A stretch of DNA of 63,906 nt, counting the filler, from Octopus bimaculoides (Eukaryota), in assembly GCF_001194135.2 (NCBI RefSeq). It is 5 parts of 5 records of this genome, joined end to end, with 100 filler letters (N's around TTAATTAATTAA, not from the genome) between each part and the next. Parts side by side here need not be neighbours in the genome. Positions count along the whole stretch, not along the records: positions 1 to 26,964 come from NC_068985.1; 4 more parts are not named here. One strand, 5' to 3'. This document shows, piece after piece, positions 1 through 13,500 of this stretch. Numbering within the stretch: the first letter of the stretch is position 1; every line of letters starts with the position of its first letter. A program made the position numbers and the translations under genes. The notes under the pieces were generated by a model that had not been told where the DNA came from, did not search any database, and worked only from the letters and a program-made list of their open reading frames with translations.

Positions 1-333
1 CTCACCACGTGCGTGGATTCCTTCGAAGATGGTTGTTCGCTATTTATATATATATATAGAAGGAAATATAGAATATAGAATAAAACTTAGTATGTAAATA
101 AACTAAGAAGAAACGATTTTATCGTAAGTAAATTTTATCGTAAATAAACAAAAACAAAACTATTCTGTGAGAGAAATTACAGTATGTTAACAAACAAGTG
201 AAATAAATTGGAAAGAAAATAGAATATTGAATAAAACTTAGAAATAAAGAATAAAACTTAAAACTTAGCTCAGATTTCTATCTTTACAATCTCTCACCAC
301 GTGCGTGGATTCCTTCGAAGATGGTCGTTCGCT
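1..333. repeat. 41-bp direct repeat (1-41 and 293-333) bounding an AT-rich unit; truncated by the window edge
   Basis: ctcaccacgtgcgtggattccttcgaagatggt(t/c)gttcgct occurs twice, 1 mismatch, 292-bp spacing. Confidence 0.8.
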
Positions 334-536
334 TTGGTTCGCTCACATTAATGTGCGTTGTATATATACTATTTACTTTCTTTTACATATGTATTTATAC
401 ATATACATACATACATGCATACATGCATACATACATATATATCTATACATATATACTTTTGGCACAATTATTTCGTAGATGAAAAATAAAACTAATATTC
501 ACATATACTCGTGGACACACCCACACATATATAAAC

Positions 537-582
<46 letters not shown>

Positions 583-1721
583 NNNNNNNNNNNNNNNNNN
601 NNNNNNNNNNNNNNNNNNNNNNNNNNNNNNNNNNNNNNNNNNNNNNNNNNNNNNNNNNNNNNNNNNNNNNNNNNNNNNNNNNNNNNNNNNNNNNNNNNNN
701 NNNNNNNNNNNNNNNNNNNNNNNNNNNNNNNNNNNNNNNNNNNNNNNNNNNNNNNNNNNNNNNNNNNNNNNNNNNNNNNNNNNNNNNNNNNNNNNNNNNN
801 NNNNNNNNNNNNNNNNNNNNNNNNNNNNNNNNNNNNNNNNNNNNNNNNNNNNNNNNNNNNNNNNNNNNNNNNNNNNNNNNNNNNNNNNNNNNNNNNNNNN
901 NNNNNNNNNNNNNNNNNNNNNNNNNNNNNNNTGTGTACATCATATATATATATGTGTGTGTGTGTGTGTTTGTGTGTGTGTGCGTGCGTGCGTGCGCGTG
1001 TGTGTGTGTGTTTATTTATTTATTTATTTATCATAGGAACATTATAGTCATTTCTTTTCAATTGTTAATACTTAAATGGCATTATCAGAAAAACGGATTT
1101 ACTCCTTATTCAAAATTCCAAAGAGAACTTTAAAACTTGAAGCGTTTTATATTTAAAGAAAGTAATATTATGAAATATTTTTTTTATACTATCAGATGGC
1201 GCTTTGCATTATTAATTTCTTTTTCATCGTAAGTTATTTAGTCATTTTTCTTTATTGCTTTTGTTCTAAGTGTTTTTTTTGTTTTTTGTTTTTTTGCTTT
1301 GTACTCGGCGTTCGCTAAATATTTACAAAGAGAATCAAGCAGTAGTGATGGCGTGAAATCAATGGTATGACATCAGAATTGTAGGTAGAACACACCTTCT
1401 TACTCATCAGAGTGATGGCCATCAATTGGAAACTTATTCGTGATTTAACTACATCGTACGCATCAGCAAAAGTATCACATTTTAGACTATAACAGAAACG
1501 CCTCTTCATTTACTAGAATGAGTTAACAGTCCAGTTTCTATCAGAGTTTTTCCTGGTCAAACGTTTCGTTACGGATAGCATGATGAGTTTCATCAGATGA
1601 AATGCTTTAAGAATGAAAATAAGAACGTTTTTCATAATGCCACCATGGTTACGTTCAGCCTCAAAATGCTGGAGTTCTCCTGTAGAACACATTTAGGCAT
1701 AGATCTATTGAATAACTGTAG

Positions 1722-2096
1722 AGGCGCAATGTCCCAGTGGTTAGGGTAGCAGATACGCAGTTGTGAGATCGTGGTTTCGATTACCAGACCGGGCGTTGTT
1801 AGTGTTTATTGAGCGATAACACCTAAAGCTTCAAGTGCCTCCTGCAGGCGGTGGTGGCGAACCCTGCTGTACTCTTTCACCACAATTTTCTCTCACTCTT
1901 ACTTCCTGTTTCTGTTGTACCTGTATTTCAAAGGACCATCCTTGTCACACTCTGTGTCACGCTGAATCTACTCGAGAACTACGTTAAGGGTACACGTGTC
2001 TGTGGAGTGCTCAACCACTTGCACGTTAATTTTACGAGTGAGCTGTTCCGTTGACCAGATCACCTGGAACCCTCGTCGTCGTAACCGACGGAGTAC
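1722..2096 (+). mobile_element. tRNA-derived SINE, near full length
   Basis: A-box-like TGTCCCAGTGG (1730-1740) and B-box-like GGTTTCGATTACC (1773-1785), followed by an ~300-bp GC-richer body and a short AAC-like tail. Confidence 0.75.
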
Positions 2097-2339
2097 CACG
2101 ATTCAATAACGACAGCAACGACAGTTCATAAATTACAGGCTGACATTTCTTGAATCTTGTGCTTGTGATACACACACACACACACGTGTATATGCGCATG
2201 TGTGTGTTTGTGTCTGTGTGTCTGTGTATATTATAATGGAACTGATTTGGTTCAAGTGATTATTATTTATAAACAACCTCATGATGTACACACATGGAAA
2301 GTGAAAATTTGCCAATCTTTAACTTAAAATATTTAGCAC

Positions 2340-3265
2340 TTAGCAAATCAACCCAAATCTTTATTCATTTTGGCTATAAACAGCTGGTTGTAAGATCATG
2401 CCTGTGAATGAATTTTCATCTCAGAAACACCTCTTCTTGAATTTCTCGTTGTTTGGATTTGCAGATGATAGCAATTAAGTGATTCGAGTATCCAAAATGG
2501 AGGACATATATAATTGCATCATGTTTACGCTGATGCTTTGTCAGATTTGGAATACTTCTTTAAGGAAAACTTAAAGAAAGAATACAAAACTGCCCAAGAT
2601 CTCCTCTAGCTATATCACTAATAATTGTCTACAATAAATGCGCATGAGACTTTGCCGTTAGCGATTTTTGATGAGTTCTTGTGCACCACAGTCTAGTACG
2701 TTATTTCCTAGAAAATTGCTGGTAGAGTCATGGAAGCACGCATGGAAGCACGCATGGAAGCATTTGTCATGGAAGCATTTGTCACTGCACCTATTGCATC
2801 ATGTTGTATCCCTTAACAACTATCGTTGTGACCGTTGTGAGTGAATTTTCAGTCATTAGTTGATAAAGCGATCTGAATAAATTTAAGTGAGATTTTTCTC
2901 ATCTTTAATAATAAAGTTGACGAGACGATTTAAACAAAGGGAAACAGCGGACATTACAATATTGTATTGTTAAAGTGAGATTTTTAACTGCAAAGAAACT
3001 ACGCTTATTTATTGTCCTACAACTGCTGCACATCCACCACTGCTGCACATCCACCAGATATTACACAGTCGATTCAAATCCTAGTAGTAGCCGAAAATGG
3101 TTCCAAACCATTATCTGAAAAGGTAAATAAATATGCCATTCTCTTCTCATTACAACAATCACTTGTAGTCGCATCAGTTATCGACAAAGTCACATACCAT
3201 CGTGTTTGTGATTATGAAAACTTTACTGCGGCATATCTTACGCACGACAAAAGGTTGAGTAATAT
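2340..3265 (-). mobile_element. Decayed hAT (Charlie/ZBED5-like) transposase, central region
   Basis: Manual translation gives LLSCVRY...TLSITDATTSD...FTFSDNGLE...SGGCAAVVG...RGDLGQF...VFLKE, collinear with Charlie-type QLLAFVRY/TTTGED/FFKENGL/DGAPAMVG/RG..L..F motifs. Contains stops, frameshifts and a 17-bp tandem duplication (3022-3055). Confidence 0.6.
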
Positions 3266-3728
3266 ATATCTATATATATACGTATATATANNNNNNNNNN
3301 NNNNNNNNNNNNNNNNNNNNNNNNNNNNNNNNNNNNNNNNNNNNNNNNNNNNNNNNNNNNNNNNNNNNNNNNNNNNNNNNNNNNNNNNNNNNNNNNNNNN
3401 NNNNNNNNNNNNNNNNNNNNNNNNNNNNNNNNNNNNNNNNNNNNNNNNNNNNNNNNNNNNNNNNNNNNNNNNNNNNNNNNNNNNNNNNNNNNNNNNNNNN
3501 NNNNNNNNNNNNNNNNNNNNNNNNNNNNNNNNNNNNNNNNNNNNNNNNNNNNNNNNNNNNNNNNNNNNNNNNNNNNNNNNNNNNNNNNNNNNNNNNNNNN
3601 NNNNNNNNNNNNNNNTAACAGAAAAGATCATAATTATCTCTTAGTAGTTTCAGCACAGTCCACGTGGAAGCGCTTCATGTGACTGTGGGAACATAATGAC
3701 TGTCTTGTGCGATGATTACAATTGTTGG

Positions 3729-3768
<40 letters not shown>

Positions 3769-3771
3769 TTT

Positions 3772-3828
3772 ATCTTTTATCTTTTACTTGTTTCAGTCAT
3801 TAGACTGAGGCCATGCTGGGGCACCACC
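3772..3828 (-). mobile_element. SINE family A 3' tail fragment
   Basis: ttttacttgtttcagtcattagactgaggccatgctggggcacc matches the tail at 43257 and the reverse complement of 20629-20690. Confidence 0.75.
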
Positions 3829-3867
<39 letters not shown>

Positions 3868-4313
3868 ATATATAATTCAAACTGCTTGAATTCGTGTTAC
3901 TTCAAGTTTCGAAGCTCCTAACACAGCCTATCTATTCAGGCTGGTAAGAATCCAAATGGGCATATATATATATATATATATGGGGGGCGGTATGTATATA
4001 TGTGTATGAGTATACATGTTTATGGATTATTGAAATAGATATACGCATATACACATATATATATACGGGGGTGTGCATATTTGCGTGTGCGTCCGTGTTT
4101 GTGCATATGTGTGTGTGAGAGAGTGTGTGGATGTGTGTGTAATATAGTAAAATATATTAATAGTGTGCAGTGAACTTACTAAGACACATACTGATAAGAG
4201 AAAATTAATGAGATGTAACATAATATTACTTTCTCTACTTTGAAAAAAAACCTGGTTACACCTTGGAGGATATGAATCTCATCTCTGTTATTATTTTCTG
4301 TTGTTTCAACTTT

Positions 4314-4346
4314 TCCCTGAAGAAGGAAACTATCCGAAACGTTGGA
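4314..4346 (+). ncRNA. Minimal type I hammerhead ribozyme motif (Penelope-like element type)
   Basis: tcc-CTGAAGA-a-gga(aacta)tcc-GAAA-cg-TT-gga: core intact, 3-bp stems I and II, palindromic ACGT in place of stem III. Confidence 0.55.
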
Positions 4347-5879
4347 TTTCTCACTCCCCACGGCCAGATCAGTGCACGCGTCTTATCGATTTTAGAAAGT
4401 CATACAAGTATCTCCTACACAGACAAATAGCAGCTACTTTGAAGTCCATCTATTCATATTATATATGTATGCATGTATATNNNNNNNNNNNNNNNNNNNN
4501 NNNNNNNNNNNNNNNNNNNNNNNNNNNNNNNNNNNNNNNNNNNNNNNNNNNNNNNNNNNNNNNNNNNNNNNNNNNNNNNNNNNNNNNNNNNNNNNNNNNN
4601 NNNNNNNNNNNNNNNNNNNNNNNNNNNNNNNNNNNNNNNNNNNNNNNNNNNNNNNNNNNNNNNNNNNNNNNNNNNNNNNNNNNNNNNNNNNNNNNNNNNN
4701 NNNNNNNNNNNNNNNNNNNNNNNNNNNNNNNNNNNNNNNNNNNNNNNNNNNNNNNNNNNNNNNNNNNNNNNNNNNNNNNNNNNNNNNNNNNNNNNNNNNN
4801 NNNNNNNNNNNNNNNNNNNNNNNNNNNNNNNNNNNNNNNNNNNNNNNNNNNNNNNNNNNNNNNNNNNNNNNNNNNNNNNNNNNNNNNNNNNNNNNNNNNN
4901 NNNNNNNNNNNNNNNNNNNNNNNNNNNNNNNNNNNNNNNNNNNNNNNNNNNNNNNNNNNNNNNNNNNNNNNNNNNNNNNNNNNNNNNNNNNNNNNNNNNN
5001 NNNNNNNNNNNNNNNNNNNNNNNNNNNNNNNNNNNNNNNNNNNNNNNNNNNNNNNNNNNNNNNNNNNNNNNNNNNNNNNNNNNNNNNNNNNNNNNNNNNN
5101 NNNNNNNNNNNNNNNNNNNNNNNNNNNNNNNNNNNNNNNNNNNNNNNNNNNNNNNNNNNNNNNNNNNNNNNNNNNNNNNNNNNNNNNNNNNNNNNNNNNN
5201 NNNNNNNNNNNNNNNNNNNNNNNNATATATATATATATATATATATACATGTAGGTGCCCGTACGCAAGCATATACATGTTTACATACAACTATCAATGT
5301 CCGCTGTTTATCGAACTAAATCTAATATCATGTGTTTAAATTCTTGCAATATTTCATTGATGACGCTAAAATTAACAAGAAATGTAAGTATTAATGACAA
5401 GGCCTTTGTCTATGTTGTTTATAAGTATTAATTGCATTCTTTATACTTCTAACGATCGATGCAAGTATCTGTTGCATTTGATTCTCTTAAGAGTGAGATT
5501 CCCACCAACATTATTGGTGTGAACAACAGCTGTGAAATTCTGCCCCATTCCCGTTTATTATTCACAATGGCCGGCGTATGAAATCTATTGTCGCCCTCTA
5601 AATTCCAATCGATTTATGATTCCCAATTGTAATTGCATACCATTTTCAAAGATTATGATCGAATAGATTTTTCCCCTTTTATAATGCACTGTCCCACTTC
5701 TCTTATGATCTTCTATTAGTTTTACATCGCTTTTATACGCCATTTTATACGCAATGAAAGAAACTAAAGCGTTTCGATTTTTTATTTAGTCTCTGCCTGT
5801 TTCACTGTTTTGCTATTTCTCTCTCTTTCACGGTCCCCTATATGTTTCTCTGCCACTGTCTATGAGTCTATCTGTCTGT

Positions 5880-5933
<54 letters not shown>

Positions 5934-6063
5934 NNNNNNNNNNNNNNNNNNNNNNNNNNNNNNNNNNNNNNNNNNNNNNNNNNNNNNNNNNNNNNNNNNN
6001 NNNNNNNNNNNNNNNNNNNNNNNNNNNNNNNNNNNNNNNNNNNNNNNNNNNNNNNNNNNNNNN

Positions 6064-6113
<50 letters not shown>

Positions 6114-6122
6114 ATCTATGTG

Positions 6123-6161
<39 letters not shown>

Positions 6162-6176
6162 GTATATATATATATA

Positions 6177-6225
<49 letters not shown>

Positions 6226-6569
6226 AATATATGAATGTATGTGTCTGTATCTATATATCTATATGTGTGTGTGTGTGTGCGTGTGTGCGCGCGTGTGTGT
6301 GTGTGTGTGAGTGAGTTTGTGTGTTTATGTCTGCCTGTGTGTATGTTCATATACATGTATTTCTGAAGCTCTAAAACACTGTGCAATTACTACATTAAAA
6401 GATACTGATTGTTATTAAAATATGATACTGAATTTCCTTGTCACATGGAGAGTTTTGTAGCTGGCCACTTCTTCGTTTTATTGTTGATGCACATTTAGTG
6501 ATAAACATATATCCTTGTCTACAATAAGATATATTGTGAGAACTATGTAGGAAAGAAGTTCAATAGTTA

Positions 6570-6790
6570 TGCCATTGAATCTATACTCCAATTAAAGAGG
6601 GAAAATAGATATTCACTGCAGAACTATTTTGTAATATGTTTGTATCCACTCTCAGTGTTTGAAGTGAAGGCTTAAATATTCTGTGTGCCGGTTGGTCGTG
6701 CGGATATATTGTATCGTAAAACTGTATAGTTGTGTCCTTTCTTTCTTTAGTTAGAGCTGTCAAGCAATTTAAGTCACCTCTTAACACTCC
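6570..6790 (-). mobile_element. Possible CR1-like LINE ORF2 C-terminal relic
   Basis: LRGDL...TIQFY...RIFKPSLQ...AVNIY loosely follows the CR1 RLRGDL...QFF...KLFKPR...VVNxW pattern. Confidence 0.35.
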
Positions 6791-7072
6791 TAATTATTGC
6801 GAGTTTGAAATTATTCTTTTATGTAAATCCCATGACGCCAATATTTTGAAGCGAATGTTTGGATTTGTTTTGTAAAGCAGATATCGAAAGGTAACATCCT
6901 GAAAACCACATTTACATGTGAATTAATTGACATTAGAGTTCGTAGTAATTTTACCCTTCTGGTTTTCATGAAATACCTGTTAGTCGCCAAAAATGTGTCT
7001 GAGCTCCAGTGTTTTTCGGTTGAGTTTCACTCAGAACTGCAAACTTTAGAGAGTGATGCCGATGTGCTGAGA

Positions 7073-7394
7073 CCCCCCCCCCGCTTCGGCCATGACTGAC
7101 CATGAAAGTTACCCTCCGAGGCACAAGTCCGGGCAAGGTTGTTTATGGAAGACCAGCAGTCGCCCATTCATACCGGCCTCCCCTCTCCACGCCACCAGTG
7201 TTATCCAAGGGAAAGGCAAAGGCTGAAACAGCTTGGCACCAGTGACATCGCAACTCATTTCTACAGCTGAGTGAACTGGAGCAACGTGAAATAAAGTGTC
7301 TTGCTCAAGAACACAACACGCAGCCCGGTCCGGGATTCGAACTCGCAATCTCGTGATCGTAAGCTCAACTCTCTAGCCACTGAGCCATGCGTCT
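7073..7394 (-). mobile_element. tRNA-derived SINE with CORE-like central segment (family C)
   Basis: Minus-strand A box TGGCTCAGTGG (7377-7387), B box GTTCGAATCC (7333-7342), then tgtgttcttgagcaagacacttta; related copy at 44.3 kb. Confidence 0.85.
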
Positions 7395-8196
7395 GTCGAT
7401 GTATAGATGAATAAAATGTCTAGCCACTGATGTTAAAGGCCTTTTACATTTTGGAAGATACAAGGGTCTATACATTTCACGAATATTTTTAATTGGTGAA
7501 TTTTAGTACAAGCACCACGGATGCAGAAGTTTCCTTGAGACTCATTAAGTTTATCACAAATAACTGCTCAGTTTATTAATAAATCCGCCGCAATATCATT
7601 GTCATATACTGGCCACGTCCTCCCCGACAATGCTATAGTGAAATTTATATATCTAATTAGATGTGAGAGATTAGAAATTGGATGTATACGGGTCCATTTA
7701 TTATATAATTTACGCTAAAACCTTTGGAAATGTAGGCAAACCCACGCAAAGTTTCAAAAGTGGAGAACCAGTTGTATAAAATATTTGATATGAAACTATC
7801 GAAATTTATTGAGAAAAGATTCATGAACGTCAATATCAAAATCTGTGAGACGTCCAATCTTAAGCGGTTTTTTTAGTAGAAATACGAATCTCCTGTGGAG
7901 AAAGAAAACCTTTATCAATTTTCTATATGTATGTCAATGTTATATAAAATGAACTCTGTCAGTATTTGGCTGTCGTTAAAAGAAGAAAAAAAAAACTATA
8001 GATTCATTAGTCTAAGTGCGACTTAACTTAAAACTCTTAAGAATGAATTTGGATTTCGACAATTCTGATTTAGTGGCGTGTATTATTATTTATTTTTGGC
8101 CTGCATTTTCCTTCTTGAAATATTATGTGTTATATCTTACTTCATGCTTTACTGAATCACATGCTTTACTGAATCACGTGCTTCATGGAAAAGGAC

Positions 8197-8256
8197 ATCG
8201 TGACATGATATTTTGACATGACATGACATGACATGACATGACATCGTGACATGACA
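8197..8256. repeat. (ACATG)n pentanucleotide repeat
   Basis: Tandem gacat/acatg units, plus a nearby 17-bp duplication catgctttactgaatca. Confidence 0.85.
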
Positions 8257-8334
8257 TTTTCAGCGTGCTTAAAACGATTTTAGTCATTTTACGAAGAGCA
8301 AAATTATCAGATAAAATATTGATTTCCAAAGTTG

Positions 8335-8525
8335 GTACTAAGTCAAAAATTGCACTGGTGTTAACTACAACAACCCCAGTGTTCAACTGGTACCTGTTTC
8401 ATCAACCTCTAAATGATGAAATGCAAAGTTGACCGCGGTAGTGTTTGGACTCAAAACATCAAGTCGGAAGAAATGGCGCTAAGCATTGTTCTGGGTGTGT
8501 TAAAGATGCTGCCATCTCACCGCCT
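8335..8525 (-). mobile_element. SINE family B, diverged copy
   Basis: aaccccagtgttcaactggtacc...gatgaaatgcaaagttgacc matches the reverse complement of 16975-17105. Confidence 0.65.
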
Positions 8526-9070
8526 TATTATGGGATAAAACATTAATCTCTGGAAATTAGACATGGATGTGTTTCAATGAAAGATCAGAATTGAGGATAT
8601 GTTGAAGGCGATAGTAATGTCTAATTGATATAAGCTGCAGGGTACGTGTTTCAACGAAAAACATGAAGCTATAATGAATTTTAGGAGACGTGCCATGATT
8701 GTATGTGCGCTTTGTAATATTTTTGGTCCCTCTTTGTATTGGGTATTGATGATGTGAGTTTTATAAACTTTGCCAAGGAAACCAAAGTATTGAAGAAGGA
8801 TTACTTAAAACGTAACTCATTGAAGACATGCATAGAATATCTCATAATATCATTTTCACACCAGCATTTCTTCACATGTTAGCTGCTTTATGTCTTTCGT
8901 ACAGCACGAGATGATATTGCGTTTCAACAAATGTGACAGAACTTTAAAGTGATGATGCTTAACCTGGGGCCAAGACGATTGTTTTACGAATACAATCACG
9001 CGTTTATTAAAAAAAGAAATACCCTGAATTTGTAAAGGAATGCAAAATTTGTTACTAAAAGTTAAAATGA

Positions 9071-9138
<68 letters not shown>

Positions 9139-9163
9139 TAATAGTAATAATAATAATAATAAT
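9071..9163. repeat. (AAT)n microsatellite
   Basis: About 30 near-perfect AAT units. Confidence 0.95.
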
Positions 9164-12100
9164 AAATAAATACTTTCATTCAGTTTGCAGATTTATGCGA
9201 AGTGTGAGAATTTTAGAAAAAGGAAAATGCCGAAAATTTCGCTGACGAAATATCTGACACAGAAAAGATATAGAAAGGTGAAATATAATTCAAGATTAAT
9301 TGTATAATACCAGTTTAGATATACGTTTTTATACTGATAGTGAATTTAATTTAATTCCATTGACCTACATGGAATTATAATAGTGATCGAAATCATCTGA
9401 AAATCTACCACATCGCTTCCCAGTTAAAAGAGTAAACATGTAACATCTTGGACGGTATTTGAGCCATTCTATTATATAATTACTCGGTTCATAATTTACA
9501 ACTCGTGATCACGAACTGTGTTAAAACTTGTCTATTTGGACGTAATATATTAAAAGTTAACTCAAAACAATATAATTCTGCTGTGCATTGCAGGTTCATT
9601 CATATGTATAAATCCAGTATTAAACAATCGAATATACACATGCTTTCGTATCCTTTCTTATCTTCAAAAGTGTCAATTTATAATGACTGAAGCATGGGAA
9701 ACACATGTTAGATATTCAGAAACACACTGTTCCTCCCATTTAAACATTTATTATTCTCATTATGGTTTCAAAATGTTCTTCCCCAAAAACTGCGATCTGA
9801 TCACGGATAACATTGAAACTATTAGTCTTATTGTGTTTCTGAATGGCCAGCATATGTTTTTCAAGCTACAATCGCTTTAGTTTCAACATGCGGTCTTAGA
9901 TAAAAAAAGAAACTATTTCCTATTGCAAGCATGTATCCGTAATGCCGACTATCTAATGATGGTTGTAAGGTCATAAACAGTTATAAACAAGGCAGATAAG
10001 TTTGGTAATATCAAGTAACCATGGTCTATTTCAGTAATATGAAAACGTAATAGTATTTAACGGATTAGTAGTGAGTACAACGTAGCGTTAATTACATGCT
10101 GTACAGTCCAAAAGGAACATCTAAATGTGAGACATCGTCTATACTGAATAAAACCAAGCTCTTGATGAATTACAAGCGACAAACTCCTCAGCATCAACTT
10201 TGAAATGACCCTCAAAAAAGAAGTAAGGGAAAGCACTACAAGGCATGTGAAACATGAAGGCATCTCCGCTCAACAAGAACATACAACACGTATCCAATTC
10301 ATAAAGTTTCGATGAACAAAATAATAATTGTCCACATCTTCCACCAAATTACTAATTTGATTGCCAGTTAAGCAATTCACTTCTATACTATTCCGCTGAG
10401 AAATGTATCCCTGAGTAATAAAGGAGGTAATGGCTCATGACGGTTGATCTGGTCACCACACATCGAACATTTAGAGTGTTGACGATTTCTATGGTCAGCG
10501 TACACAGCACAAACATTGATAGCGTATTAAGTACATCTCGATGAAGAGCGTACAGAAGACGAGAAAAACGATTGAAACCCTACAAATACCGATTGAAACG
10601 AAAGCAAACTTATTGATTTCTCTTACTGAAGTCGTTTCGTGATATTCACTCCTTATCCTCTGACAGAAGAATGTCGTGGTTTTTATGAATTTTATAGTAA
10701 ATAAATGTAGTCATGTACATTATCGCAATGAATATTAAATATACTTGAAACATCTAGAAGTTTACATACCTTATCAACTTGTAAGCTTCCGATCAGAACG
10801 TAAATACTATAAACAATACATAACACATTACTTGGAGGATAGTCTACTCGTCTTTCTTTCAAGTTATCACGCCACGTTGAATTTATTTAGAAAATATCAG
10901 CTATTTCTGAAGCCATATTTGTCAAAAAGAGCTTGAGAGATCACAGTTTATTGAATAGTTCTAACCATACCGTGATATGTTTAGTGTTGCTCTATCACTG
11001 TCAACAATGGACACACTTCCTGTTACACTGGACGTATTATTTTTCAATTGATTTAAATTATTATTTGAAATACGATATTTTCTGCTTCCGTTGGTCAGAA
11101 TTGAATATTAAGCTATTTTTTTAAAACTATTATAAATAGATAATTATTGAAAGTGTCTAATTATCTTTCTATATATTAAACATTTTTATTACCACAGGCC
11201 TATTATTAAATTCCATCGATTTATTACATCAAATATTCTAGCATATGTTACAGTTTGAGTTTCATGCAAAACATATCTCTGATTATTATTTCCATATCTT
11301 GTGTATGATCGAACCATAAACGACGTACATGGTCACTGAATTTTCTAACAATAGAAGCAGAAACCCATTTTAACGTCTTAAACAAATGTGCATACAGTAA
11401 TATATTTCTAAATATATTTTTTAAAATCTTGTTGGAAGATATTGATCATAGGTCTGCTCTACCAAATCTATCCAGAGATTCAACGATCAATACTAAGACC
11501 ACTACCAACATCACCACCACCACCTCAACACAACATATGATCAAAAATATCTACAAAATATTTAAAGTTATTTTTTTATATATAAATTATGTGTGACAAA
11601 CTCCTCTGATACTTCCAGAGAACGGGCAGACACTGAGACATATCTCTTTGACAATATCTTTATTGGTAATGCAATTGCTGTCGATTTTGCTAGGTTTTTT
11701 TTTTATTGCTTTTCTCCTTGGTTAAAACAGGCCAACCACAACATAATAGACGACGGCCAGAAGCATTTCCGCCTTCTTAGCCAATCTATTACCTTACAGT
11801 TTTTGCATGATTACATTATCAAATGTGATATATATTTTTTAAAAGAACAGCTTGCAACTTGAAGCAGGTTTCCCTATTATTTTACGAGTTCGAGTGATCA
11901 CTTAGCAGCCTTCATTTTCTCAGCAGTTTTGTTTAAATGAATGGGTATGAGATATTTCTAAATAATGTTCATTAAGAAAATCATACATTTTTTAATATTT
12001 TTCCTTTTAGTTCTCTGGTCTTGTTATTTTATTTAAATTCATTTTTTACGAAACGAATATTGATATAATAAAAATAACGATGAATCAAATATCTTCAAAG

Positions 12101-13364
12101 CAGGTTTTACTACTTTAATTTATATTGAGGTAGGAAGGGCAATCAGCAAAACTGCAACAAGTGGAACAAGAAAGACATGCTGTATATATAATCAAAGACA
12201 CCATTGAGTTTTAGTTTTATGTCATAGTGTATCACATGTTACATAATCAAATGTGTCCTTCCCTTAATTAGTTTGGGACATAAGGTGCATTTTGTGCGCG
12301 ATCTGGCGATAGTGTGTAGCATGTTGACACACCATATAGAATATCGCTGAATAAAAGAAATGCGTTAGATGACCTTAAAATATATCAATGAGGAAATATT
12401 ATTTTATCTAGAAACAAACGCATTGATTACTACGTGAATGTTTCGTTCGATTTTTCATAGAATAAAAGCAAGACTATAAAGTTTGAGCTGAAAGGTGTGA
12501 ATGTATATTGGCTGAAGGAGAAACACATGGACATCATTTTATTTTCTAGTTCAACACATAATAATATTTGTTTCCCGCGTAAAATGTCTGTTATGAGTTT
12601 GGATAGGTCAATAATATTTCCATAGGTCACGCTGTATTTTCAGATCAATGTTCGATATATCGATTCGTGTGTGAAAAGAAAAAATGTATTATATGTGTTT
12701 ATTATACATCTTTGCATGCAACCGATATAATTTAATGAGTAGAACAAGTGGACGAAGAAGGGATTTCTCTGACAACGTAACTTACAACTCACTTATATTA
12801 CGTCACATTCTCATTATTTGAGGAAATATTTTATTTCTTTTACATTCTTGTTTTCATTCTTAAATATTTCATTACACCGACTCTGACCCGTCTTTCACGT
12901 GTATTTTTATTAATATCACCCTCATTCTCTCTCACTAAATTACTTCCGAAATTCTATTTGACTCCCTCCGCCAACTCTACCACTGTTCGTAGAAATATAG
13001 GAATGTGCGTTATCTATAAACATATATACATACATAAATACACACGCATGCATATATTTATATATGCGTGTGTGTGTATGTGTGAGTGCGTATGTGTGTG
13101 TGCTGCTGCGTTTGCGTGTGTGTGTCTGTTTTGAGCATAAAGAATCTCTTTCTGTTGCAATCAAACTAGCTATAGCCACTTCAATGGTTCACAATTCTGA
13201 ATGGTTTAGTCTCAAACGCTCTGCGTCGCTTTACGGTTCTTTACATTTTATATTCTAGAATATCAACAATCGTTCTCTTTATGTGTCCCATTCTCTTTCT
13301 AGCTCTCCCTGTTTCACTCTCTCGCACTCCTTCTTTCTATGTGTATGTCTATCTGTCTGTCTCG

Positions 13365-13500
13365 GCAAAAGAACCCTACACAATGAGTACCAGGCTTTGG
13401 ACATCAAAAACACTAAGTTTGAGTCATTCCACTGAAAGAAATTTAAGGTGATGCACCAATATGGCCGCAGTTTAAAGACAAAAACAATCAGCAGGTAAAC
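13365..13500 (+). mobile_element. SINE family A 3' part, diverged
   Basis: ggcaaaagaaccc...aatgagtaccaggctt...atggccgcagt resembles 20544-20690. Confidence 0.55.

Noticed and set aside
1553-1602. Minus-strand CTGATGA...GAAACGTT hammerhead-like core
   Set aside because: No stem II pairing and stem I is out of register; at best a decayed motif.
1722-7394. tRNA genes suggested by A/B boxes at 1730-1785 and 7333-7387
   Set aside because: No full cloverleaf, and each continues into a repeated SINE body.
10057-10420. Hydrophobic minus-strand frame resembling a GPCR or channel segment
   Set aside because: In-frame stop, no splice support and no diagnostic motif.
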